This document shows positions 22,105 through 31,679 of a DNA stretch of 64,000 bases, piece after piece. A program made the translations under genes and the position numbers. Positions within the stretch are counted from its first letter, which is position 1, and the number at the start of each line of letters is the position of its first letter. The notes below the pieces were generated by a model. That model was not told the origin of the DNA and did not search any database. It worked only from the letters and a program-made list of their open reading frames with translations. The stretch is from an uncultured candidate division Zixibacteria bacterium (GTDB lineage Bacteria > Zixibacteria > MSB-5A5 > UBA10806): assembly GCA_963801605.1 (NCBI GenBank), contig CAWDFP010000007.1, positions 96,001 through 160,000 of the forward strand. The letters run 5' to 3'.

Positions 22105-22275
22105 CAATCTGCGTTGGATGCTATCTTATGTAGTTAAGAACGGCGTTCAACCTGAGAATCCGATAAATAGCTGCATTCATTTGAGCTGTTTAGCGGCGGT
22201 TCTTCCCAGGTCGGCAATTGCTATGGCCTATTGACTCGGTTGTGGGATATCGGGGTCTTTTCCGGGGATACCGCA
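22105..22275 (+). ncRNA. Candidate structured RNA (sRNA or long 5' leader)
   Basis: Promoter TTGCAA-N17-TAATAT with extended TG (22070-22098); stem-loops 22113-22151 and 22150-22211 with G-U pairs favouring the + strand. Confidence 0.4.
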
Positions 22276-22717
22276 TATGAATCATAATTGATTATCTTGG
22301 CCTGATTTACTTTGTTTATTGGGAACGAAACATACGCTGATATTGTTAGTATAATGCATTAGAGAATACTAACTACTGCCAAAATAACAGCGGTTTTTCT
22401 ACAAGAAGTTCTAGTATACGGAGAAGGGGCGACCGAATTGCCGAACTTCGAAGGTCAGTGCCAGTAAATTGAAAGTATAGGTATTTTACGGGGCAGAGGG
22501 GCTGTGTCGGAGTCTATAACAGAGGATTTGAAGTTAAAGAAGTAATAAAACAGGTTAATTGTAAGTTTTCGAATCTTTCAGGTAAGCTTAATTGATATAA
22601 GGGGATAGACGATATCGGAAATCTCTGATATTGACGGAAGTGTAACTGAAAGCAGATATTAGGAAAAAAAATAATGGCCCATATATGATAGATGGCACCA
22701 TGAAGGAGGCAACCAGA

Positions 22718-22915
22718 TTGGTTGAAAAAACCCAGGAAGTAGACAAGGAATCCAAGGAGATTCCTGCCCAGAAGGATGAGAGTCGTCAAGACGACCAGAG
22801 TCCAGAGGTGAACCATGAGCGTATTGCCAGGATGAAAAAGGCTTTTCGTCCAACATGGCTTCACGACCAGATTAATTCCAACGGCAACGGTAAAGGCTCC
22901 GTCAAAAAAGACTAA
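22718..22915 (+). CDS. Small charged hypothetical protein (65 aa)
   Basis: Strong RBS AAGGAGG upstream of TTG 22718 within ORF 22685..22915. Confidence 0.55.
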   Translation: MVEKTQEVDKESKEIPAQKDESRQDDQSPEVNHERIARMKKAFRPTWLHDQINSNGNGKGSVKKD

Positions 22916-22959
22916 AAAATAATCCTTGACTTTTGACCTGGAGGGGTTAATCATTAATA

Positions 22960-23161
22960 AGCGGGCATATAATATGCAAGCTCTTTGAGAAGTTTTCTAA
23001 GGGTTCACGTTTCGTATTTGGAGCTTGATAAATTAGAGAAGCTCTCAGAGATCGAAAAAAAATTAAAGCGGTCTTATGTATTAGGTGTCTTCTTACCCCC
23101 TCCGGAAGATATTTGAGGCTAAGGCCGCAAAAGAGGCCCCGTAATGGGGCCTTATTTTTTT
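22960..23161 (+). ncRNA. Candidate ~200-nt structured RNA with a C-rich loop
   Basis: Long hairpins 22981-23050 and 23068-23128 (loop UUACCCCCUCCG), then terminator 23134-23161; no ORF. Confidence 0.5.
23129..23161. terminator. Bidirectional intrinsic terminator
   Basis: AAAAG-AGGCCCC-GTAAT-GGGGCCT-TATTTTTTT. Confidence 0.8.
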
Positions 23162-23170
23162 GGGGTATTT

Positions 23171-24274
23171 TTATTCCTTAGTGGTGAATTTAATAGGATA
23201 TATAATCCAAACCGGCAGATTTATACCATTGGAGGAGGCCGGGATAAAAAGGCTTTCTTTGGCGGCTTTGATCGCGGATTCCTCGAAACCGACGCCGGGG
23301 GCATCACAAGATACAATCTCCGCTTGTTTGATGGTACCATCGCTTTCCACGCGCGCCCGAACCATCAAGGTACTTGAAAGGCCGCTCTTCTTAGCCCATT
23401 CCGGATATTCGGGAATAACCATTTTCACAGCCGTGGGCGCCTTTTCAACAGTAACGATTACGCTTGATTGCGGCAAAGCAACCTGAACGGAGCCAGGAGC
23501 GGCGTGATAATCCGCCATCGATGCCTGGCGCGATTGCTTGTCGGGCACCATACGAGCGTCAGCCATTGTAAAAGCGCCAACGCTGACGGTATCCCCAGGC
23601 TGCAAAACCGTATCGGCCACAAAACCGAGGGAGGTTGGCTGTTTTGCCGGCGCTATTTCCATAGCCAGGGTTTTTCCCGAATCGGCAGTTGGTGCAGGAA
23701 TAACGGCGATTAACTCACCTGGTTTCTCCGATGTCAAAGCTTTCGCAACGGTAATCTCTTGGCGAGGCGCTTTCATTTTCGGAGCGGGTGCGGCAGGCGC
23801 TTTGTTACCCGCGGGTGTTTCAGCGGGTGGAGAAGGCAAATTAGCGCGATTCAATTCGAGGTTCAGTACCCTATACTCATCGCCCCCGACTTTATCTTTT
23901 TGGGTAATCGTCATTGGCGTTTGAATCTCACTTAAATCGGAAATCGATTTTACCAGGAATAAGACAATCGAAGCCGCCAATGCAAAAGAGAAAGCCATCC
24001 GAAGCGAATATTTTTTGGATATCTTTTCCGGAATTATCACGGGAGCTATCTGACCCCGGATTTTTCGCATGACGGCAGCGTCAAAAGCGGCGCCATCAAT
24101 TGCAGACATGACCTGCCTGCCGTGGTCCGCGGAAACCTGAAGCGCTTTGATATTCAGGAATGCTTCGCTGCACTCAGGGCACAGAGCCAAATGCCGATCC
24201 AATTCGGCTTTTTCAGAGGGCGAAATATCCGGATATAACCAGAGCAGCCTATCTATTTTTTTGCAATCGCTCAA
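23171..24274 (-). CDS. Zinc-finger (ZAS) anti-sigma factor fused to a TonB C-terminal domain
   Basis: N-terminal C...HLALCPEC (HxxxCxxC), one TM helix, Pro/Ala/Lys linker, PEYPEWAKKSG...GFEESAIKAA...FIPA...VWIIYPIKF. Confidence 0.85.
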   Translation of the reverse strand: MSDCKKIDRLLWLYPDISPSEKAELDRHLALCPECSEAFLNIKALQVSADHGRQVMSAIDGAAFDAAVMRKIRGQIAPVIIPEKISKKYSLRMAFSFALAASIVLFLVKSISDLSEIQTPMTITQKDKVGGDEYRVLNLELNRANLPSPPAETPAGNKAPAAPAPKMKAPRQEITVAKALTSEKPGELIAVIPAPTADSGKTLAMEIAPAKQPTSLGFVADTVLQPGDTVSVGAFTMADARMVPDKQSRQASMADYHAAPGSVQVALPQSSVIVTVEKAPTAVKMVIPEYPEWAKKSGLSSTLMVRARVESDGTIKQAEIVSCDAPGVGFEESAIKAAKESLFIPASSNGINLPVWIIYPIKFTTKE

Positions 24275-24834
24275 ACCAGATTACCTCTATTAATAAGTTC
24301 GGTCAATCGTTGCCTGGCCCTGAACAGCCGCGACATAACGGTGCCGATTTTAATCTTCAATATTTGGGATATCTCCTCATACCCATAATTGCCATAGGCC
24401 TTGAGCACCAACACTTCTTTGAGCTTGTCAGGCAGCCTCTCAATCGCCGTTTCCACGTCGGCCAACCGTTGGTTAGAATCATCGGAACTTGATTCAATTT
24501 TCGATTCCTGAGAGGCATCGAGTTCATTTATCTCGCGAAATACCCGGCCCCGTCTGGTATGCCGTCGGAGTCTGTCACGACACTCATTCATACTTACGCT
24601 GGCGGCCCAGGCCGAGAAATCCCGGGACTGATCGAAGCTCTTCAGGTGGAAATAAATTTTAACGAAACTGTCCTGGGCTGCCTCCTCGGCCTCGATTTTA
24701 TCTCCCAGCATCCGGTAGCAAATCCCCAAAATCCTCTGCCTGTGCCTTAAGAGAAGCTGCTCGAAGGCTTTATCGTCACCATGAAGAACCAGGCCGATAA
24801 GCTCTATATCCCGGATACTATCGCCCACGAGCAA
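24271..24834 (-). CDS. ECF sigma factor (sigma70 group 4)
   Basis: AEEAAQDSFVK, FSAW, YEEISQILKIKIGTVMSRLFRARQRL; overlaps the anti-sigma start. Confidence 0.95.
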   Translation of the reverse strand: MLVGDSIRDIELIGLVLHGDDKAFEQLLLRHRQRILGICYRMLGDKIEAEEAAQDSFVKIYFHLKSFDQSRDFSAWAASVSMNECRDRLRRHTRRGRVFREINELDASQESKIESSSDDSNQRLADVETAIERLPDKLKEVLVLKAYGNYGYEEISQILKIKIGTVMSRLFRARQRLTELINRGNLV

Positions 24835-24849
24835 GAGATTCCCTGTTTC

Positions 24850-24877
24850 TATACGTTTTGGAGTTGCGCTTATTCCC
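24850..24877 (-). promoter_or_regulatory. Putative ECF autoregulatory promoter
   Basis: Minus strand GGGAAT-N16-CGTATA just upstream of the sigma gene. Confidence 0.55.
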
Positions 24878-25090
24878 CATCGAATCGGGGACTAGCCGTT
24901 TCCATGCGCTAAATCTTGCATATAACATGGGTTATGGCAATATATTTTTTTACTTAGACAATCGCCCTGCTATAATTAGGAGCCTGGCGATCCCAATTCT
25001 TTGAGGTTGCGTATGTCCGGGAGTATCTATTATCATTGAGACTTAGTGGATAAATCCCAATAGCGAATAGGGGATAGGCAAATAGATAAT

Positions 25091-25393
25091 TTGATTGTGG
25101 TTATGGTCTCTTGCGCCTCTGAAGAAGAAGCCCAAAAAATCGCAGGGCTATTAGTGGAAGCTCATCTGGCGGCCTGTGTCAATATCATGCCTGTACGGTC
25201 CATATATGAGTGGCAGGGGAAATTAGAAGATCAAAAAGAGTGGCTTATGTTGATCAAGTCAGAAAATTCGCATTTTGATGATATTAAGACAATGGTCTCG
25301 GCTAACCATTCTTATGAAATTCCGGAGATAGTCGCTCTAGATATTAGTATGGCGTCTGAAAAATATGGCGATTGGATAAGGAATTTTTTTTAG
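25091..25393 (+). CDS. cutA: Divalent-cation tolerance protein CutA
   Basis: LAACVNI, SIYEWQG, HSYEIPEI. Confidence 0.93.
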   Translation: MIVVMVSCASEEEAQKIAGLLVEAHLAACVNIMPVRSIYEWQGKLEDQKEWLMLIKSENSHFDDIKTMVSANHSYEIPEIVALDISMASEKYGDWIRNFF

Positions 25394-25424
25394 GATAAAA
25401 TAATTAGACAAGAGGGTATTCGTA

Positions 25425-25845
25425 ATGAACAGTATCAATGTAAATGACGGTTTTCTGATAAGATGCGATATCGGAGATGAAATCGTATCGAGGCTAAAGG
25501 GATTCGCCGTCGAGAATAAGATTTACTCCGGGACTGTGCTGGGGATCGGCTCCATTAAGGATCCGGAATTGGGCTATTATGATATCGAAAAGAAGATATA
25601 TCTTAAAAAACGATTTGAGGGTGATTATGAACTCTTAAATCTATCGGGCAATTTTGCCAGGTTTGGCGAGGAAGTAATTCTGCATTGCCATGCAACTATT
25701 GTCGGACCCCGAATTTCATGTCATTGGCGGGCACTTGTTCAGAGCCGACGTGGCGGTAACAACCGAATTTTATATCAGGCCGGGCGGAATTGAACTCAAT
25801 CGGGCCCTCGATAAACAAACAGGACTCAACCTGCTTAAATTCTAA
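25425..25845 (+). CDS. PPC/DUF296 domain protein (frameshift at ~25701)
   Basis: GIGS, ELLNLSGN, HCHATI, then shifted frame SDPEFHVIGGHL...TGLNLLKF* ending at TAA 25843-25845. Confidence 0.85.
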
Positions 25846-26603
25846 TGGCCCTAATAACGCTTGCCACAGACTATGGAGATCGTGACGGCTACAGCGCCGC
25901 CTTAATCGGCGTTATAAAAACGATAGCGCCGTCAGCGGAGGTTATTGAGGCTTCCAACAATCTGACGACGATAGCTAAAACATCGCTGGCGCTGTGGCGT
26001 TATTACGCGCAGTATCCCAAAGGAACTATTCATTTGGTGGTTGTCGATCCCACAGTTGGGACATCAAGACGAGCGTTGATAGGGATTGGCGGCGGATATT
26101 ATTTCGTCGGCCCTGATAATGGCATTTTTTCAAGGGTTATCGAGGACAATCCCCAAATGAACTGGTATGAAATTGACCAAGTCAGGCTTCCGAAAAGAAC
26201 GATATCTCAGACCTTTCATGGACGAGATATCTTTGCACCGGCGGCGGCTTTGTTGGCCCGGGGCGATCCTCCGGAATCGTTTGCATCTAAAATTACGAAT
26301 CCTATTGTGATGGTTGTCCCCCAGCCTGTTTTCACTGCCGGGCGTATCTCCGGTGAAATTATAGATATTGACTCTTTCGGAAACCTGATTATTAATATCA
26401 GGGGGGAGAACTTGAGCGAAAAGCCTAAAGTTGCCATAAAAGGGCATAGGATAAGATTCGGAAAAACTTTCGCCGATGTTAAGCCCGGCAATCCAGTGGC
26501 CTATATCGGAAGTCTGGGCTTGCTGGAGATTGCCGTTAATGGTAAGCGGGCGGATAAATACTATGGGGCAAAAGTGGGGAATAAAGTGACGGTATCAATA
26601 TGA
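25845..26603 (+). CDS. SAM hydrolase / SAM-dependent halogenase family (DUF62)
   Basis: ITLATDYG, HLVVVDPTVGTSRR, GPDNG, SQTFHGRDIFAPAAA, IDSFGNLI, LEIAVN. Confidence 0.92.
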   Translation: MALITLATDYGDRDGYSAALIGVIKTIAPSAEVIEASNNLTTIAKTSLALWRYYAQYPKGTIHLVVVDPTVGTSRRALIGIGGGYYFVGPDNGIFSRVIEDNPQMNWYEIDQVRLPKRTISQTFHGRDIFAPAAALLARGDPPESFASKITNPIVMVVPQPVFTAGRISGEIIDIDSFGNLIINIRGENLSEKPKVAIKGHRIRFGKTFADVKPGNPVAYIGSLGLLEIAVNGKRADKYYGAKVGNKVTVSI

Positions 26604-26620
26604 AATTATTTCAATTCGGG

Positions 26621-26657
26621 TGGCATCAGGATATCGCAAGGCTCCATCCTGAGGCAT
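26621..26657. repeat. Dispersed palindromic repeat, copy 1
   Basis: TGGCATCAGGAT...TCCATCCTGAGGCAT, similar to 47722 and 57865. Confidence 0.7.
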
Positions 26658-26667
26658 ACGAGGTAAT

Positions 26668-27429
26668 ATGATCTGTCCGGTCTGCAATACGGATGGCGAT
26701 CGGGTAATAGATTCTCGTCCGACGCCCGATGGCAAGGCTATCAGGCGGCGCCGCGAATGCCTGGCCTGCGGCAACAGGTTCACCACGTACGAACAGGTCG
26801 AGGCTCCCGGGCCGGCTGTAATAAAAGCCGACGGACATCGCGAGAGTTTCAATATCGATAAGCTGGCCAATTCGCTTCAAATGGCATTAAAAAAGAGGCC
26901 GGTATCTCATGACAGGCTTCAGGCGGTCGTGACCGATCTTTCGATCCGAATAAAAAACGATTTCCCAGCGGAAATAACGACGTCTCAAATCAGCGACCTC
27001 GTTCTCAACGAACTTCTCAAGTTAGATGAGGTAGCATACGTTCGATACGCGTCCCACAGGCGGACATTTGCCGATAAAGATGAGTTCATAACATCGCTGA
27101 GGGCTTTGCCAAGTTCACTTCAGGTGGTTAAGACCAGCGGACGGTATGAACCGTTCAAACGCGATAAACTGCTTTCCTCGATGATCATCGCGCTGCGCAA
27201 AAGGCCGGTATCGCGGCGAAAAATCGAGAAGGTGGCTGAAGAGATAATCGAATCTTTCGCCGAGCGCAGCGAAGTCAGCTCCTCGGAGATTGGCATTCTG
27301 GTTATGAAAAGATTGCGCGAAATAGATGAAGTTGCCTATATCCGTTATGCCTCCGTATACCGCAAATTCCGCGATGCCGCCGAATTCACCAAGGAAGTAG
27401 AGAATCTCTCCGGAGAGGAAACGGCATGA
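26668..27429 (+). CDS. nrdR: Transcriptional repressor NrdR with duplicated ATP-cone
   Basis: CPVC...VIDSR...IRRRRECLACGNRFTTYE zinc ribbon; two copies of VxK..G..E.F...K...KRPVS...DEVAYxRYAS. Confidence 0.92.
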   Translation: MICPVCNTDGDRVIDSRPTPDGKAIRRRRECLACGNRFTTYEQVEAPGPAVIKADGHRESFNIDKLANSLQMALKKRPVSHDRLQAVVTDLSIRIKNDFPAEITTSQISDLVLNELLKLDEVAYVRYASHRRTFADKDEFITSLRALPSSLQVVKTSGRYEPFKRDKLLSSMIIALRKRPVSRRKIEKVAEEIIESFAERSEVSSSEIGILVMKRLREIDEVAYIRYASVYRKFRDAAEFTKEVENLSGEETA

Positions 27430-28184
27430 CAGGCAGTAAGCCATCAGATATGCCGATCCTGGATCATCTTGAAGAACTGCGCTGGCGGATCATCAAGATT
27501 CTGATAGCCCTTTGTATAGCATCGATAGGCAGTTATTTTTTTACCGATACGTTTTTTAGATGGATACGGTGGCCTCTTGACGCCGGCACGCCTCCGGGTA
27601 AAATCATTACCCTGAATTATCTGCGGATCGGGGAAAGCTTCAGCGTCAGGATAAAAATGGCGCTCATGGCGGGGATTTTTATCTCTATTCCCATAACACT
27701 TTTTCAAATCTGGCGTTTTATCGCTCCGGGGCTATACAAACATGAGAGACGGCGAATACTGCCGCTGGTTTTCTGGTCGTCAGTGCTATTTCTGATAGGG
27801 GCAGGAATGTGTTTTTTCTGGATGATGCCGATCACGATCAGATTTCTGCTGACTATCGCCCCGGAGAACGTGACCCCGGTGTTGACGATTAACGAGTATA
27901 TTAATTTCGTGATGTGGACTACAATTTCGTTCGGTGCCGTATTTCAGCTTCCGTTAATTGCGCTCTTTCTGGGAAAACTTGGAATCATCAACTGGCGAAT
28001 GATGGCTCAGGGAAGGCGTTACGCGATCGTGGGTATCGCGATAGTTGCGGCGATAGTCACCCCCAGTACGGATGCGCTTTCGATGATCCTCCTGGGTTTA
28101 CCATTATATTTACTTTATGAAATCTCGATCTGGCTGGTACGTTTTCAGGCAAGGAAACGTCCAAAGCCGAATCCAGCCGTCTAA
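27426..28184 (+). CDS. tatC: Twin-arginine translocase subunit TatC
   Basis: LDHLEELRWR, QIWRFIAPGLY, FQLP, IVTPSTD, LYEISI. Confidence 0.96.
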   Translation: MTGSKPSDMPILDHLEELRWRIIKILIALCIASIGSYFFTDTFFRWIRWPLDAGTPPGKIITLNYLRIGESFSVRIKMALMAGIFISIPITLFQIWRFIAPGLYKHERRRILPLVFWSSVLFLIGAGMCFFWMMPITIRFLLTIAPENVTPVLTINEYINFVMWTTISFGAVFQLPLIALFLGKLGIINWRMMAQGRRYAIVGIAIVAAIVTPSTDALSMILLGLPLYLLYEISIWLVRFQARKRPKPNPAV

Positions 28185-28546
28185 TTGACTCGAAATTGAG
28201 ATTTATCTATTAATTAGAACTTATTTCGCCAACGGAATAATTGGGCTTCAAGGTTGTAATAATGGATAAAGCGGAGGTTGTTGTGATCTATGTAACCTCT
28301 TTTCTGCCATCTGGCAAATAATTTGGAACATAGGCAGGAACAGATAAGTTAATTATATAAGAAGGATTTATGAAGCGAGTTTGGTATGTGCTTCGACCCA
28401 ATTTTACCATAAAATACGAAATCTATATTAAGGGGGAAGGATGCCCCTTTTCGAACAAAGTATGAGCCTCAATTATATTTTTTGGGGCTTAAATTGTTAA
28501 GGCGGAATAATTACATATATCAAACTTGGCAAGGCGGCAGGTTAGT

Positions 28547-31405
28547 ATGAAAAAAGGCAATATTTATCTTCGAGCCATAATAATATTATTCAGTTTATCG
28601 ACAGCCACTGCTTATGCCCAGTTTGATTTCGGACAGAACAAAATTCAGTATTCGCAATTTGACTGGCAGGTGTTAACCACTGATCATTTCGAAATTTATT
28701 TTTATCCGCAGGAAAAAGATATCGCCGAAACAGCGGCTCAATTGGCCGAGGATTCGTACGATTTCCTTCAGGGGAAATTCAATTTCACGATTAATAAAAA
28801 AGTACCCTTCATCGTATATAGCTCTCCGGTATTTTTCGAACAAACCAATATCGTACCGGGTATCCTTCCCGAAAACGTAGCCGGATTTACCGAATATTAT
28901 AAGCAACGCGTTGTAATTCCTTTCAATGGATCGATGTCGGATTTCGCTCACGTCATAAGGCATGAGTTAACTCACGTTTTTACCTTTCGGAAAATGGCCT
29001 ATGTAGACAAAATTCATAACAAAAAGACAATGGCCCAGGCGCCATTGTGGTTTACCGAGGGTATCGCCGAATACTGGTCGGAAGGCTGGAATAAAGAAGC
29101 CGACATGTTCATGCGCGATATGGCGGTAAGCGGCCATATTATTAATGTCGAGGATCTATATTCGATTTCCGGTTCATTTTTAATGTATAAGGTTGGCCAG
29201 TCGCTCCTCAAATATATGGGCGATACTTATGGTGACGATAAACTCACGGAGCTATTCGACAACTGGTGGAAGGGACAGGATTTCGAGAAAATAGTAAAAA
29301 TCACTTACGGCAAAAGCCTGGAGACTATCGGCGGAGAGTGGGAATACCAACTCAAGAAAAGCTATTACCCGCTGTTGCAGCAGCATGAGTTAGTTGAACG
29401 CAAATCTACGCAACTCACCAGTAAGGGTTATAATATCAAGCCTACTATTTATCTGAAGGATACCAAGAATGGGCGTGAAGAGCATATTGCTTTCAAATCT
29501 TATAGATTGGGATACTCCAGCATTGCGGATATATCTCTCGATGGCGAAAAGGCGGGGTATCACAATCTTATAAAAGGAGAACGCTCGGAGGATTTCGAAT
29601 CTTTGCATTTTAACGAAACGGGAATAGATTGTAATAATAACGGTCTGCTGGCTTTCGCATCCAAGAATCAGGAAAAGGACGTTTTATATATTTACGATAC
29701 CAGGCGAAACGCGATAGTCGATAAAATTGAAAACGATTCGCTGATTTCGATTGCTTCGCCGTCATGGTCTCCCGATGGCAGGAAGATCGCATTCGAGGGT
29801 ATTGACCGCGGGGGACGTTCCGACCTTTATATATTCAATTTCGGCAATCGTGAATTTACCCGATTGACCAATGACGTTTATGCAGACAGATCGCCGGTTT
29901 ATTCGCATAACGATCAAAATCTAATTGCTTTTTCATCAGACCGCGGACTCGAAGGGTTCAAGGGTGCGCGCAATCTATTCCTCTATCATGTCGATACCGG
30001 AGAGATTACCAGGCTTACCAGCGGCAATCAGCTCGATGTGACGCCGATCTGGTCAAAGAGCAGCGACAGGCTGATCTTTTCGTCGGACCGCAGCGGGGCG
30101 ATGAATATATATGTCATGGACGGTGTGACGGGCGATAATCCGATAATTTTCCAGATGACAAATTTTGTGACCGGGGCATTTGATCCGGTGTTAGCTCGTA
30201 ATGATTCGGTGGTGGTGTTCTCGGCCTACGCAGACCAGGCCTATAATATCTTCAAGATGGAACTTCCCGCCGAATCTCAGGCAATAGCCAGCGAAAACGC
30301 TCGCACTGCCGAAAGCGCCGGCGACTCGTCCCTGGCGGTTGCCTCTCCGGTGGAATGGAGCCTGGCGGATGCCTGGTCCCGTCCAAAGCTTAAAGGTCAG
30401 CTTTCCCAGGGATCGGTTAAGTATCATCCAAAATTCTCATTTGATATTGCCCAATCGGCAGTTTCCTATGATGCCATTACCGGCAGCGCCGGCGGCCTTC
30501 AAATGGCTATGACCGATGTTCTTGGCAATCATCAATATTATTTCCTGCTTTCCAACACTGCCACATCCAGATCAACGTTCCTGAAGAGTTTCAATTTTGG
30601 CGCTACTTATATCAATCGAACGCATCGTCTCAACTGGGGCGCGGGAATATTCCATTTTTATAACGAATATGATGATGATTATTACGGTTATGTCGCCGAA
30701 CGCGATTACGGCGTTTTGTTTCTGGCCAGCTATCCGTTATCGCGCTTTAGAAGAATTGAATCGGTTATCGCGTTCAAACAGGTCGATAAGCAAACCCTGT
30801 TGCCGAACAGTCCGCATGGTACCAGCGCCTCGGCGTCGCTGTCTTATGTAAAGGATACATCGATCTGGCGTCCCACAGGCCCAATCGATGGTATGAGATA
30901 TAATTTAACCATTTCCGAGGCAGTGGATTTATCTCATTCCAGATTATTCAGCAGTTCCTATAATATCGATATCCGAAAGTATTTCAGGCTGGCGGCCAAT
31001 TCGGCATTTGCCTCCAGGGTGATGTATATACGTTCGTTTGGCGAAGATCCGGAGAGATATTATCTGGGGGGAAGCTGGTCGCTGCGCGGATATCCTCAGC
31101 GCTTCCTTTACGGGAAAAGCATGATGTTAATCAATAATGAACTTCGCTTTCCGCTGATTAATGACCTTCAGTTGGGATTTCCATTTGGAAATATCAGATT
31201 TTCGGCAATCAGCGGGGCTCTTTTCCTCGATGCCGGGAACGCCTGGGAAAATCATTTTGGCAGTATGTATGGAAGTTTCGGAATTGGATTCAGGGTACCG
31301 CTTGGGTATATAACGGTTTTAAGATTCGATTTTGCCAAGAGGACCGATTTCCATTATGTAAATCGAGCCACGAATTTTGATTTCTTCTTCGGGTGGGATT
31401 TCTAA
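28547..31405 (+). CDS. Omp85/BamA-family barrel with N-terminal zinc-peptidase-like and PD40/TolB propeller domains
   Basis: FGQNKIQY, HELTH...WFTEGIAEY, SPSWSPDG and FSSDR repeats, LRGY, FLDAGNAW, terminal GWDF. Confidence 0.88.
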   Translation: MKKGNIYLRAIIILFSLSTATAYAQFDFGQNKIQYSQFDWQVLTTDHFEIYFYPQEKDIAETAAQLAEDSYDFLQGKFNFTINKKVPFIVYSSPVFFEQTNIVPGILPENVAGFTEYYKQRVVIPFNGSMSDFAHVIRHELTHVFTFRKMAYVDKIHNKKTMAQAPLWFTEGIAEYWSEGWNKEADMFMRDMAVSGHIINVEDLYSISGSFLMYKVGQSLLKYMGDTYGDDKLTELFDNWWKGQDFEKIVKITYGKSLETIGGEWEYQLKKSYYPLLQQHELVERKSTQLTSKGYNIKPTIYLKDTKNGREEHIAFKSYRLGYSSIADISLDGEKAGYHNLIKGERSEDFESLHFNETGIDCNNNGLLAFASKNQEKDVLYIYDTRRNAIVDKIENDSLISIASPSWSPDGRKIAFEGIDRGGRSDLYIFNFGNREFTRLTNDVYADRSPVYSHNDQNLIAFSSDRGLEGFKGARNLFLYHVDTGEITRLTSGNQLDVTPIWSKSSDRLIFSSDRSGAMNIYVMDGVTGDNPIIFQMTNFVTGAFDPVLARNDSVVVFSAYADQAYNIFKMELPAESQAIASENARTAESAGDSSLAVASPVEWSLADAWSRPKLKGQLSQGSVKYHPKFSFDIAQSAVSYDAITGSAGGLQMAMTDVLGNHQYYFLLSNTATSRSTFLKSFNFGATYINRTHRLNWGAGIFHFYNEYDDDYYGYVAERDYGVLFLASYPLSRFRRIESVIAFKQVDKQTLLPNSPHGTSASASLSYVKDTSIWRPTGPIDGMRYNLTISEAVDLSHSRLFSSSYNIDIRKYFRLAANSAFASRVMYIRSFGEDPERYYLGGSWSLRGYPQRFLYGKSMMLINNELRFPLINDLQLGFPFGNIRFSAISGALFLDAGNAWENHFGSMYGSFGIGFRVPLGYITVLRFDFAKRTDFHYVNRATNFDFFFGWDF

Positions 31406-31416
31406 GAATTATCGAT

Positions 31417-31453
31417 AGGCCCGCTGTGAAATTGCTGGCTCGCGGGCTTTTTT
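31417..31453 (+). terminator. Probable intrinsic terminator
   Basis: AGGCCCGC...GCGGGCTT followed by a T-run. Confidence 0.6.
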
Positions 31454-31679
31454 ATGCGGACAAATAACCTCAATTTAGATCAAATATTTTTGCTATTAAT
31501 AATTCGATATTGGTGCGCCGGGGACCTGTTAAGGCTGTCAGTTTGTTCTATAGATGAGTAATTCAGAAAATATTCGGCCATAAAAATGGCTTGTGACATT
31601 TTGGGGGCGTTTCTATATTCGAGTTCGATTTATCCGATCAATTGAAATGTAAGATAACGCAGCCAAGGGGAGGGAAAAG

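Noticed and set aside
22100..23161. 6S RNA, tmRNA, RNase P or SRP RNA
   Set aside because: No single long rod with a central bubble, no tRNA-like ends and no RNase P or SRP signature recognised; an Rfam search is still needed
25845..26603. Fluorinase/chlorinase secondary-metabolite cluster
   Set aside because: Retains the Asp/Arg/His pattern of DUF62 SAM hydrolases (TFHGRD) and lies among housekeeping genes
28370..28465. 31-aa ORF and hairpins upstream of the Omp85 gene
   Set aside because: No recognisable features; short stems could be chance or terminators
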